In this document: piece by piece, positions 16,782 through 24,552 of the stretch
How positions within the stretch are numbered: position 1 is the first letter of the stretch
Layout: every line of letters starts with the position of its first letter
Assembly (NCBI GenBank): GCA_004284765.1
Contig: NQJD01000036.1
Span: 1 to 24,552 of the forward strand
Origin: Candidatus Electronema aureum
GTDB lineage: Bacteria; Desulfobacterota; Desulfobulbia; Desulfobulbales; Desulfobulbaceae
Length of the DNA stretch: 24,552 bases
Reading direction: 5' to 3'
Translations under genes and position numbers: made by a program
Notes under the pieces: model-generated
What the model saw: only the letters and a program-made list of their open reading frames with translations
Told to the model about the DNA's origin: nothing
Database searches by the model: none

Positions 16782-18854
16782 ATGACACAACTCCTTTTTG
16801 AAATCGGCACGGAAGAAATCCCGGCCAGCTACATTCGGCCCGCGCTGGCCTTTTTGGAGCAGACCGCTCAGGACAAATTCAAGGAACTCGGCCTTGCTTT
16901 TGGTAAGGTGCGCAGCGCAGGTAGCCCGCGTCGTTTGACCATTGCGGTTGATGGCTTGCAAGCGCAGCAGCAAACCAGACGGCAGGAACATGTTGGCCCA
17001 GCCAAGCAGGCCGCCTTTGACGCGAACGGTCAACCGACCAAGGCCGCTTTGGGCTTTGCTCGCTCCAGAGGCATCGCGGTTGAGGAGCTGCACATCATCG
17101 CCATGCCCAAGGGCGAGTACCTGATGGCCGTGGAAGAAATCCAAGGTCGCGCCACCGCAGAATTACTGCCTGCTCTGCTGGAGGAGCTGCTTCGCGCCAT
17201 TCCTTTTCCCAAATCCATGCGTTGGGCGGACAGCAAATTGACCTTTGCCCGACCTGTGCAGTGGCTGCTGGCCTTGTACGGCGGCAAGGTGGTGGATGTG
17301 GTCGTGGAAGACCTGCGGGCAGGTGACATTACCCGTGGTCATCGTTTTATGAGTCCAAGCCCGGTGCAAGTACAAAACTTTGATGATTATATCGAGAAGC
17401 TTGCGGCCAAGTCGGTGTTTGCCGATATGGACAAACGGCGGGCAATGGTCGTGGAAGAGGTCAAAAAAGCGATACGCGAGCAGGCCGGAGATAGCGCGGT
17501 GCCGCTGATCGACGAAGGCTTGTTAGACATCGTTACCAATTTGGTAGAAAAGCCACACGGGGTTTGCGGTACCTTTGACCAAAAATTTCTCGCTCTGCCT
17601 GCCGAGGTACTAATCACCTCCATGCGCGAGCATCAAAAATATTTCCCGGTCGCCGACCAGAGCGGCAGACTGTTGCCTTATTTTGTCGCCGTCAACAACA
17701 CTGCTATTGCCGACCGCGCGCTGGCGGTCAGCGGCCATCAGCGCGTCCTCCGCGCTCGCTTAGAAGATGCCCTCTTTTTCTTCAACGAAGACAAAAAGAA
17801 GCCGTTGGCGAGTCGCATAAACGGTTTGGCGGGAATCATTTTTCAGCATAAACTCGGCACGATGACTGAGAAAAGCGCACGTGTTGGCGAGCTGACCGCC
17901 TATCTTGCCGATCAACTCGCTCCGGCCATGAAGGTGGATGCTTTGCGGGCTGCGGAGTTGTCCAAGGCCGATCTGCTCACCGCGATGGTGGGCGAATTTC
18001 CAACCTTGCAGGGCATCATTGGGCGAGCGTATGCTCTGCTTGATGGGGAAAAGCCAGAGGTGACCGATGCCATCCGCGAGCATTATCTGCCGGTGCGGGC
18101 AGGCGGCGAACTGCCGCATTCGCTGATTGGGGCGATAGTAGGCATTGCTGACCGAATTGACACCATCATCGGTTGCTTCGCCATCGGCGAACGACCAACC
18201 GGCAGCAAAGATGCCTTTGGCCAGAGGCGGCTGGCTCTCGGCCTGATCAACATCATCCGCAGCCTGAACCTGCGGCTTTCGCTGATTGAGTTGGCGCAGC
18301 AGGCATTGAGCGGATATGCAAACGAGATCGAGCCGAAGGCAGATACGTTAGCTGAGGCGATGGCTTTTATTCGCCTACGCTTTGAGAATGACTTGATTGC
18401 AGCAGGAAAAAGTCAGGCGGCGGTTGAGGCAGCAAGTTCGGTGCGTTTTGATGATCTTAATGACTGCATCGCCCGAATTGAAGCCCTCGAAACCATGCGC
18501 GGCAGCGAGGAATTTGCGGTGCTGGCCGGTTCCTTTAAACGGATCAACAACATCATTAAAGACAACCGAGAAACAGCGGTGGAGGAATCGCTGCTGACTG
18601 AGGCGGCGGAAAAGGAGCTTTTTGCTATCTGCGCAGCCGTCAGCAAGAAGGTACAACCGCTGCTCGCCCAGCGCGACTACAGCCAAGTCTTGGCGGCCAT
18701 GCTGACCATGAAAGAACCGGTGGACCGCTTTTTTGAGCAGGTGATGGTGATGGATGAAAATCCAGCAGTGCGCACCAACCGACTGAATCTGCTCACCGGC
18801 TTGGCTGCGCTTGTCCGGCAGGTGGGAGATATTTCCCGGATGCATGTGGAGTAG
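16782..18854 (+). CDS. glyS: Glycine--tRNA ligase beta subunit
   Basis: MTQLLFEIGTEEIPASY N-terminus and a full-length 690-aa GlyS-like sequence. Confidence 0.95.
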   Translation: MTQLLFEIGTEEIPASYIRPALAFLEQTAQDKFKELGLAFGKVRSAGSPRRLTIAVDGLQAQQQTRRQEHVGPAKQAAFDANGQPTKAALGFARSRGIAVEELHIIAMPKGEYLMAVEEIQGRATAELLPALLEELLRAIPFPKSMRWADSKLTFARPVQWLLALYGGKVVDVVVEDLRAGDITRGHRFMSPSPVQVQNFDDYIEKLAAKSVFADMDKRRAMVVEEVKKAIREQAGDSAVPLIDEGLLDIVTNLVEKPHGVCGTFDQKFLALPAEVLITSMREHQKYFPVADQSGRLLPYFVAVNNTAIADRALAVSGHQRVLRARLEDALFFFNEDKKKPLASRINGLAGIIFQHKLGTMTEKSARVGELTAYLADQLAPAMKVDALRAAELSKADLLTAMVGEFPTLQGIIGRAYALLDGEKPEVTDAIREHYLPVRAGGELPHSLIGAIVGIADRIDTIIGCFAIGERPTGSKDAFGQRRLALGLINIIRSLNLRLSLIELAQQALSGYANEIEPKADTLAEAMAFIRLRFENDLIAAGKSQAAVEAASSVRFDDLNDCIARIEALETMRGSEEFAVLAGSFKRINNIIKDNRETAVEESLLTEAAEKELFAICAAVSKKVQPLLAQRDYSQVLAAMLTMKEPVDRFFEQVMVMDENPAVRTNRLNLLTGLAALVRQVGDISRMHVE

Positions 18855-18863
18855 AAAATAAAA

Positions 18864-18890
18864 AAAGGCTGCCTGTTGTAGGCAGCCTTT
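18864..18890. terminator. Bidirectional rho-independent terminator between convergent glyS and the cytochrome c gene
   Basis: AAAGGCTGCC-TGTTGTA-GGCAGCCTTT. An A-run lies upstream and a short T-run downstream on the plus strand, and the minus-strand reading is followed by a long U-tract. Confidence 0.8.
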
Positions 18891-18914
18891 GTACCATCTT
18901 AGCTGGTTAGCTCG

Positions 18915-19355
18915 CTACTTTTTGGTGTGGCAAGTAGGGCAAGCCATCAGCATGACCGGAGGAGTCTTGGTACTCTTCTTGTCTTTATGGCAGCCTTGGC
19001 AACGGCCATGACCTGCACGCTGAATCGGGGAGATACCAGGAACTTTACCGTCCAAGGAAATACCATCAGCCTTTTTGTTGTGGCAGGTATTGCATTTTTG
19101 CTTTTTGGTTTTGGCTGCATCGTATTTTTCCTGCTTGCCGTCCGCAGTCTTACCGTGATGGCAGATACCGCAGTCCTTCAGGCGGTTTTGATGATCACGA
19201 TGCGGGAAATAAGCAGGATTCATAGAAGCATCAGTACCATCAGTAATAACTTGGTGTTCCGCTCCCTGATTATTATCTTGGGCAGAGGTGATCGTGATAA
19301 AACCTGCGCCGCACATTAAAGCCAGAGCTGCACCAAAAACTAATGTCTTCTTCAT
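18915..19355 (-). CDS. Periplasmic tetraheme cytochrome c (c3 / class III-like)
   Basis: Four CxxCH motifs (CGICH, CNTCH, CQGCH, CPTCH). Signal peptide MKKTLVFGAALALMCGAGF. ATG at 19355 preceded by GGAGGA. The track ORF start at 19478 is not supported. Confidence 0.85.
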   Translation of the reverse strand: MKKTLVFGAALALMCGAGFITITSAQDNNQGAEHQVITDGTDASMNPAYFPHRDHQNRLKDCGICHHGKTADGKQEKYDAAKTKKQKCNTCHNKKADGISLDGKVPGISPIQRAGHGRCQGCHKDKKSTKTPPVMLMACPTCHTKK

Positions 19356-19449
19356 GACAAATTCCTCCACAAAATAGTATAAAAATGTAACGAAACACAT
19401 GGCAATAAAATAAAAAATATTGCCTGATTTATTTTCTTTCGTCACACTG

Positions 19450-19478
19450 ACGATAGCGCGGTGGATTTGTTTTGTCAA
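19450..19478 (-). promoter_or_regulatory. Candidate sigma70 promoter for the cytochrome c gene (TTGACA-N17-TATCGT)
   Basis: The reverse complement of 19473-19478 is TTGACA and of 19450-19455 is TATCGT. The implied ~90-nt leader contains hairpin GGCAATA..TATTGCC (19401-19424). Confidence 0.4.
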
Positions 19479-19516
19479 GCAAAGAGAAAGAACTTTTTCA
19501 TCAACGCAGAGGCGGA

Positions 19517-20368
19517 TTAATTAGAACCATAGCTGTGCAATCCAGCTAAAAGGTAGTTTACTCCGAAATACGTGAAGAAAACCGAAATAAAACCAATTAT
19601 TGCCAGCCAAGCGATACGGCTACCGTTCCAGCCACGCGTAAAGCGGGCATGGAGAGTGAGGGCATAAACAAACCACGTGATAATCGACCAAGTTTCTTTA
19701 GGATCCCAGCTCCAATAGGTACCCCAAGCCTCGTTAGCCCAAACCGCGCCAGTGATGATGCCTGCGCTCAACCACATAAAGCCGAAAACGATGGTTTTGT
19801 GAATTACGTCATCCAAGGTTCGCAATTCTGGTAAGCTGCCGATCAAAGTATCTGCGGAAAATTTTCGATCATGGCCGAATTGTTTAAGCAGATACATAAT
19901 GCCCAACCCAGCAGCAACGGCAAAAGCTCCATAACCAATAAAACAGGTGATGACATGCGCGATCAGCCAGTTCGATTGAAGAGCCGGAACCAGCGGGCTG
20001 ATGTCCCTGCTGAGACCTTTGTCCACCGAAGTATAAGCCAACGTGATAAAAGGGATGGGCATGGCAAACGCCCCGATTACCGGCAGCTTGAACTTGATCT
20101 CCAACAGAACGTAAAAAATAGCCGCGCACCAAGCAAAGAAGAGCAGCGATTCGTACATGTTGGTTAATGGCGCATGGCCGATGCCCAACGTATAGGATTC
20201 CTGCCAGCGCAGACCGAGACCAACGGTTTGGGCAAGAATGCCAAGGACAGCCAGTCCCAGCCCAACTTGCCCTACTTTTTTATTCCGAAAAACAAAGAGG
20301 CCGATGTAGCAGACCGAAGACAGCAGATACGCTATAGTCGTGATGCCGAAAAGCTGCGAGCTATTCAT
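19517..20368 (-). CDS. ccsA: Cytochrome c biogenesis protein CcsA/ResC (system II heme handling)
   Basis: Polytopic membrane protein with the Trp-rich WWD-type motif WGTYWSWDPKETWSIITW. Confidence 0.9.
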   Translation of the reverse strand: MNSSQLFGITTIAYLLSSVCYIGLFVFRNKKVGQVGLGLAVLGILAQTVGLGLRWQESYTLGIGHAPLTNMYESLLFFAWCAAIFYVLLEIKFKLPVIGAFAMPIPFITLAYTSVDKGLSRDISPLVPALQSNWLIAHVITCFIGYGAFAVAAGLGIMYLLKQFGHDRKFSADTLIGSLPELRTLDDVIHKTIVFGFMWLSAGIITGAVWANEAWGTYWSWDPKETWSIITWFVYALTLHARFTRGWNGSRIAWLAIIGFISVFFTYFGVNYLLAGLHSYGSN

Positions 20369-20396
20369 AATTTCGATTTCTCAGCAAATGAGGAGG

Positions 20397-21797
20397 TTAG
20401 TTTGAGCTGTCGTTTTTGCTGCTGAAACCTTCAGCCAGCGCGGCCAAGGTCTTTTCAAAGCCGAGGCTATTTTTATTAGCATTGCCGATGAAAACAACTA
20501 CCGCTCCACCGTTCACCTCATGCACATAGGCCCAAATTTTGCGATGTGACATGAAAAAAGCCGCATACAAACCGAGCAGCATCAGGGCGCAGCCGCTATA
20601 AACCCACCATACGCCGGGGTCTTTGGAAACCTGAAGACCAGTGGCATAATGCGGGCCAATTTTGAGTTCATATTTGGTGCTGGGCCGCTCGACAATCACC
20701 GGCCTACCGTAACTCATAGGGAACATGGACGGCGGTCCCTGCGAATCCATCAGCCACATCTGCATTTCAGTGCTTGTACCTGTACCGTTCTCGGCAGGCA
20801 CACTGCGGGCCTCTTGAATGCGCAGCATCCCTTGGCCGCCTTCTTCTTGCCAGCTGTGCGTGGCATCCCATTGCTCCGGGTTGACCGGAAAGACTGTTTT
20901 TTTACCAGTAGTCAGGTTGGTCAAATGAATGATCGGCCTGTGCATATCGTTGTAGCTGGACTGATAAAAGGTGATTCCTTTGTAAGTCAGCGGCTTATTG
21001 ACCTCAATATTGGTAGTTAATACCTCTTTGCCTTGCTCAAGCACGGTCAAGCCAGAGACAAAATCCTTAGGCATCCCGTTATCATAAAAATGAATGTCAA
21101 AAAAATTACAGCGCACCGTGAAACCAAGGGGAATTTCACTTTCGTCATCATAGGAAAAAATACGCTCGGTACTCCGCAGTTCCGGCAATAATACTCCACC
21201 TTTAAAGGCGAACTGCGGATTTTTGAAAATTTTCTTCGCTACTGTTGGCGAGCCGATAACCGCGCCGAGCAGAATGATCAAAATCGAAATATGGACAACA
21301 TACACGCCGTAGCGAGTCCAGCCGCCTTTTTGAGCAAAGAACAAGGTTCCATCTTCCTTGTCGCGGCGGGCGGCCTTCCATCCTTTTCCACTGAGATAAC
21401 CAAGAAGGTGCTGTGCCGCTGTTTCCACCGAGCCACCACGCTGTACCTTATGCTGCATTTTCATCTTGAGCAGCTGCTCTGTGGCCGTGCCCAAGTTATC
21501 CTTGCGCACCACGCGGATCACACCCGGCAGCCGATCAATACTGCACACAGTCAGGTTCAGACTGAACGCACCCAGCAAGGCGAGAAACCAGACTGAGTTG
21601 TACATGTCGTCCAGATTGAAGGCATCAATCACTGCGGCGCCTGTTTTTCCCCAAGTTTCAGCGTAATGCTCAGGAGGCTTATTCTGCTGAACAACCGTGC
21701 CGATAATGGAGGTCGATGCGAGCAGGCCAATAAGGAGCAGGGCTAACTGCACTGAGGCGAGAAAAGCCCAAACTGGATTTTTTGCTTTGGCAGCCAT
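20397..21797 (-). CDS. ccsB: Cytochrome c biogenesis protein ResB/CcsB
   Basis: N-terminus FLASVQLALLLIGLLASTSIIGTVVQQ, a large periplasmic loop and C-terminal TM segments. Located directly upstream of ccsA. Confidence 0.9.
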   Translation of the reverse strand: MAAKAKNPVWAFLASVQLALLLIGLLASTSIIGTVVQQNKPPEHYAETWGKTGAAVIDAFNLDDMYNSVWFLALLGAFSLNLTVCSIDRLPGVIRVVRKDNLGTATEQLLKMKMQHKVQRGGSVETAAQHLLGYLSGKGWKAARRDKEDGTLFFAQKGGWTRYGVYVVHISILIILLGAVIGSPTVAKKIFKNPQFAFKGGVLLPELRSTERIFSYDDESEIPLGFTVRCNFFDIHFYDNGMPKDFVSGLTVLEQGKEVLTTNIEVNKPLTYKGITFYQSSYNDMHRPIIHLTNLTTGKKTVFPVNPEQWDATHSWQEEGGQGMLRIQEARSVPAENGTGTSTEMQMWLMDSQGPPSMFPMSYGRPVIVERPSTKYELKIGPHYATGLQVSKDPGVWWVYSGCALMLLGLYAAFFMSHRKIWAYVHEVNGGAVVVFIGNANKNSLGFEKTLAALAEGFSSKNDSSN

Positions 21798-21858
21798 TAG
21801 TTAAGACGATATTAAAATGAGAAATACAAGTGAACTTCAGGCAAAAAGACATGCAGTA

Positions 21859-21910
21859 GCTTGAATCATTCAAGCATGGGCCGGAAAAACTGTCAATCTT
21901 TTTCCCGGCC
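21859..21910 (-). promoter_or_regulatory. Two adjacent hairpins with an embedded promoter-like TTGACA-N17-TTGAAT upstream of resB
   Basis: Palindrome GCTTGAAT-C-ATTCAAGC (21859-21875) and hairpin GGGCCGGAAAAA..TTTTTCCCGGCC (21878-21910). The minus-strand TTGACA (21891-21896) sits in the loop of the second hairpin, and TTGAAT (21868-21873) sits in the first. Confidence 0.3.
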
Positions 21911-21935
21911 AGAAGAGCAGGAAGTAGGGCGCAGG

Positions 21936-22235
21936 TCAGAAAAGGCCGTCTGCTGGCGAATCATCCGGCGGATCAGTATCCGGCTCATCTCCAGCAAAGA
22001 TATCCGGCGTGAACAAATCCTGCGGAGATCGACCCGTTTTGGCGTATTTCAACTCAGGGAAAACATGTTCTCGGATTTTTTCAATTTCAGAGGACAAGCC
22101 GCTGTCCTCGCGGCAGATTCTGCACTCTTTGATATGGCTGTCCACAAACTGCATCATGCGGCCAGGAGCCATAGTTTCCTGCTTGACGTGCGTATGCCAT
22201 TCTTTGACCAGACGGAGCAGCTGATTGCATTGCAT
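21936..22235 (-). CDS. Small cytoplasmic protein with a zf-HC2 (ZAS-like) H-x3-C-x2-C motif and an acidic tail
   Basis: Cys3, then His34-IKE-Cys38-RI-Cys41 (codons checked at 22134-22136, 22122-22124, 22113-22115). C-terminus DEPDTDPPDDSPADGLF. No TM segment. Confidence 0.55.
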   Translation of the reverse strand: MQCNQLLRLVKEWHTHVKQETMAPGRMMQFVDSHIKECRICREDSGLSSEIEKIREHVFPELKYAKTGRSPQDLFTPDIFAGDEPDTDPPDDSPADGLF

Positions 22236-22295
22236 AGAAAACGGTGACTGTTCTCAGAGGGTTAAGAGAGGAAGACTCAGATGGATAACCGTTTC

Positions 22296-22325
22296 ATTAT
22301 AATAAAAAGTTGTTTTTCAGGTCAA
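22296..22325 (-). promoter_or_regulatory. Candidate sigma70 promoter for the small ZAS-like ORF / resB-ccsA operon (TTGACC-N18-TATAAT)
   Basis: The reverse complement of 22320-22325 is TTGACC and of 22296-22301 is TATAAT. About 55 nt upstream of the ATG at 22235. Confidence 0.45.
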
Positions 22326-22552
22326 TAGTTATTATATAAATAGACTCATCTGTATCTTATTCTTGTGGTAAATTTGTCTATATTGTCACACGGTATAGCA
22401 ACTCAGGGTGTTACTGCGAAAGCGGAAAAAATGCTAACTCGCTGCTTTTCCGAACCGCAAATTCGATGTGCCAAGTGAAGCACTTGTTTTTTATGCACAT
22501 GCGCCATTTTGCACTGCTTTCCTCCCACCTTTCGTCTTGTTGAGCGAAAAAT

Positions 22553-23959
22553 ATGCGCATTCAGCCCGTCATCTTGGCCGGTGGTACCGGTACCCGGCTT
22601 TGGCCCCTTTCTCGCGAGCTGTATCCTAAGCAGCTGCTTTGCCTGATCGGCGAACATTCCCTCCTCCAGACCACTCTAATTCGGGTCAGTCTCCTGCCCG
22701 ATATTCTGCCGCCGGTCATTGTTGTGGGTGAGGAACACCGTTTTTTGACCAAAAGCCAAGTAGATGCCTTGAATCTCTTTCCTCAATATCAGCTACTCTT
22801 GGAGCCACTGGGAAAGGATACCGCACCGGCTGTCTGCGGCGCAGCTCTGTTTTGCCGCCAGCAGGCACAGGAGGACATCCTGCTACTGGTACTGCCTGCT
22901 GATCATCTTATTGCCAAGCCTGATGCTTTTATCGAAGCGGTAGCCAAGGCACAGGAGCAGGCTGCGCAGGACAAATTGACCACTTTCGGCATCGTTCCTG
23001 ATCACCCAGAAACCGGCTACGGCTACATTCGTCGGGCGGCAGACGGCGCAGTACAGTCCTTTGTCGAAAAACCCAATCTGGCTACCGCCCAGCGATACCT
23101 TGCTGAAGGCGGCTGGCTCTGGAACAGTGGCATGTTTGCTTTTCCGACGGATAAAGTGCTGGCTGAATTCCGCCTGCACGCCCTAGAAATATTGCGCTGC
23201 ATGGAAAAGGCGGTGGAAGGCGGCAAGACTGACGGCGTGTTTTTTCGCTTTGATGCCGAGGCGATGCAGAAGTCTCCCGCCAAATCTGTGGATTACGCCC
23301 TGATGGAAAAGACCACCTGCGCGGCAGCGGTAGAAGCCGATTTTGGCTGGAGTGATATCGGCTCATGGCAGACACTGTGGGAAGTGGCTGATAAGGACGA
23401 GCGGGGCAACGTGGTCAGCGGTGACGTACTGCTGGAGGATGTAGAAAACTGCTTGATCCGCTCTGAAGATACCTTAGTGGCAGCGGTGGGGTTGCGCGAC
23501 ATCATCGTGGTAGAAACGGCAGACGCAGTGCTGATCGCACCTCTCAATCGTTCGCAGGATATCAAAAAAATTGTCAATATGCTGAAAAAAAGCGAGCGAG
23601 CCGAGTTCCGCACCCATCGCACTGTGTATCGGCCTTGGGGCAGTTACACCACCTTGGAGATACAAGAACGCTTTCAGATCAAGCGGATCACTGTCTCGCC
23701 CGGCGCACGGCTTTCTTCTCAAATGCACCATCATCGTCATGAACACTGGGTCGTGGTGCGCGGCACAGCTAAAGTAGAAAACGGCGACCAGATTTTTCTT
23801 CTTCGCGAGGATGAATCAACCTACATCCCGCTGGGTACGCTGCATCGACTGGAAAATCCCGGTGTGATCCCGCTGGAGCTGATTGAAATCCAAATCGGTA
23901 GCTATCTCGGCGAAGATGACATTGTCCGCTTTGATGATGTGTATGGGAGGAATGGATGA
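22553..23959 (+). CDS. manC: Bifunctional mannose-1-phosphate guanylyltransferase / mannose-6-phosphate isomerase (type II PMI-GMP)
   Basis: MRIQPVILAGGTGTRLWPLSR N-terminus and C-terminal cupin region RPWGSYTTLE..KRITVSPGARLSSQMHHHRHEHWVVV. Confidence 0.95.
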   Translation: MRIQPVILAGGTGTRLWPLSRELYPKQLLCLIGEHSLLQTTLIRVSLLPDILPPVIVVGEEHRFLTKSQVDALNLFPQYQLLLEPLGKDTAPAVCGAALFCRQQAQEDILLLVLPADHLIAKPDAFIEAVAKAQEQAAQDKLTTFGIVPDHPETGYGYIRRAADGAVQSFVEKPNLATAQRYLAEGGWLWNSGMFAFPTDKVLAEFRLHALEILRCMEKAVEGGKTDGVFFRFDAEAMQKSPAKSVDYALMEKTTCAAAVEADFGWSDIGSWQTLWEVADKDERGNVVSGDVLLEDVENCLIRSEDTLVAAVGLRDIIVVETADAVLIAPLNRSQDIKKIVNMLKKSERAEFRTHRTVYRPWGSYTTLEIQERFQIKRITVSPGARLSSQMHHHRHEHWVVVRGTAKVENGDQIFLLREDESTYIPLGTLHRLENPGVIPLELIEIQIGSYLGEDDIVRFDDVYGRNG

Positions 23960-23988
23960 ATCGAGGGCTGAAAAATGTATATTAGGAC

Positions 23989-24345
23989 TTACGCAGTTGC
24001 ATAAAGATTGATAGGCTCAAGCGTATAAATCGGTTTCGTCAAATACGCCCGAACAGCGTCACGGATGATGGCAGCCTTTGCCTCGAACCAAGAAATTCCT
24101 TTGACAAAACAATGATATTCAATGCGGAGAAAGGCCCGCAATGCCAGTTCGATGTAATTACGTTGCGCGTTTTCTGACCGCGCCTGACAGCGTTCAATCC
24201 CGCAAAATTGTTTAACTCGCGATGGTACGTTTCAATCATCCAAGATAATTCAGCATATTTGAGCCGCATGAGATCGCTCATATCGAGGTCACTGCTGGCC
24301 CTGTATAGCATTTCAGTTTTTAGATCGTCTGGAAAACCGTCTCGA
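23989..24345 (-). pseudogene. C-terminal remnant of an IS4/IS701-like (DDE_Tnp_1-type) transposase, frameshifted
   Basis: KYAELSWMIETYHRELNNFAGL, then a frame change near 24196. After it the frame reads ERCQARSENAQRNYIELALRAFLRIE..TKPIYTLEPINLYATA, ending at TAA 23989-23991. A 1-nt deletion restores GLERCQARS. The N-terminal two thirds are missing. Confidence 0.6.
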
Positions 24346-24552
24346 CGCAAACGCTTAAACTCTTGATGCCGTCAGCTGTTTTTTTAATTTTCGCCTTCAT
24401 GGAAGCCCAAAATTTTTCTATCGGGTTTAAATCAGGGGAATAAGGCGGCAAAAAAAGCAGCCTGCAAGAAAACTTTTTCACAAGCTCCTTCGTTTTTTCT
24501 GATTTATGAAAACTTGCGTTGTCCATCACAACAAGAGAATTTTTGGGAATTT
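24320..24552 (-). mobile_element. IS630-family DDE transposase, C-terminal part (continues beyond the right window edge)
   Basis: VVMDNASFHKS .. LLFLPPYSPDLNPIEKFWASMK signature. The frame stays open from the window edge (IPKNSLVV..), and the stop is at 24320-24322. Confidence 0.8.

Noticed and set aside
16119-17144. ORFs 16119..16661(+) and 16542..17144(-), overlapping mog and glyS
   Set aside because: These are shadow ORFs in GC-rich coding DNA. mog and glyS have clear family motifs in the opposite or other frames.
22281-22328. 15-codon mini-ORF MDNRFIIIKSCFSGQ with an SD-like GAGAGGAAG, as a possible leader peptide
   Set aside because: It is too short to assess and lies on top of the predicted minus-strand promoter, more than 220 nt from manC. 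There is no supporting terminator/antiterminator logic tied to it.
22403-23746. Minus-strand ORFs overlapping the manC leader and gene (22403..22657, 22883..23179, 23293..23622 and others)
   Set aside because: They are antisense to a full-length, motif-rich manC, with Arg/Ser-rich low-complexity translations.

Overview
24.5-kb chromosomal segment. All but three protein-coding calls (purM, glyS, manC) are on the minus strand. The gene content includes a tetraheme c3-type cytochrome, ResB/CcsA system II cytochrome c maturation, AMP-forming acetyl-CoA synthetase, a 1037-aa hybrid sensor kinase and MogA. This suggests a Desulfobacterota, possibly Desulfobulbales-like, host (inference only). The housekeeping backbone is panD, panC, acs, an HtrA-like protease, purM, mog, glyS, ccsA/resB and manC. 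It is interrupted by patches that look more AT-rich by eye (not computed): (i) a short KAP P-loop NTPase at the left edge, preceded by a phased 21-bp repeat array (1189-1398); (ii) a five-ORF cassette threaded between panC and panD with overlapping stops and starts, holding two PD-(D/E)xK-fold proteins, a cupin and a small 3-TM membrane ORF split by one in-frame TAA; (iii) an orphan DUF1311/LprI gene; (iv) a secreted beta-helix protein start-stop coupled to the HtrA protease; (v) nested IS630-family and IS4/IS701-like transposase remnants at the right edge. I found no rRNA, tRNA, CRISPR array or recognisable riboswitch. The best candidates for something undescribed are the pan-operon-embedded cassette and the KAP/21-bp array pair. 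Neither matches a named system I know, and both remain hypotheses that need comparative genomics.
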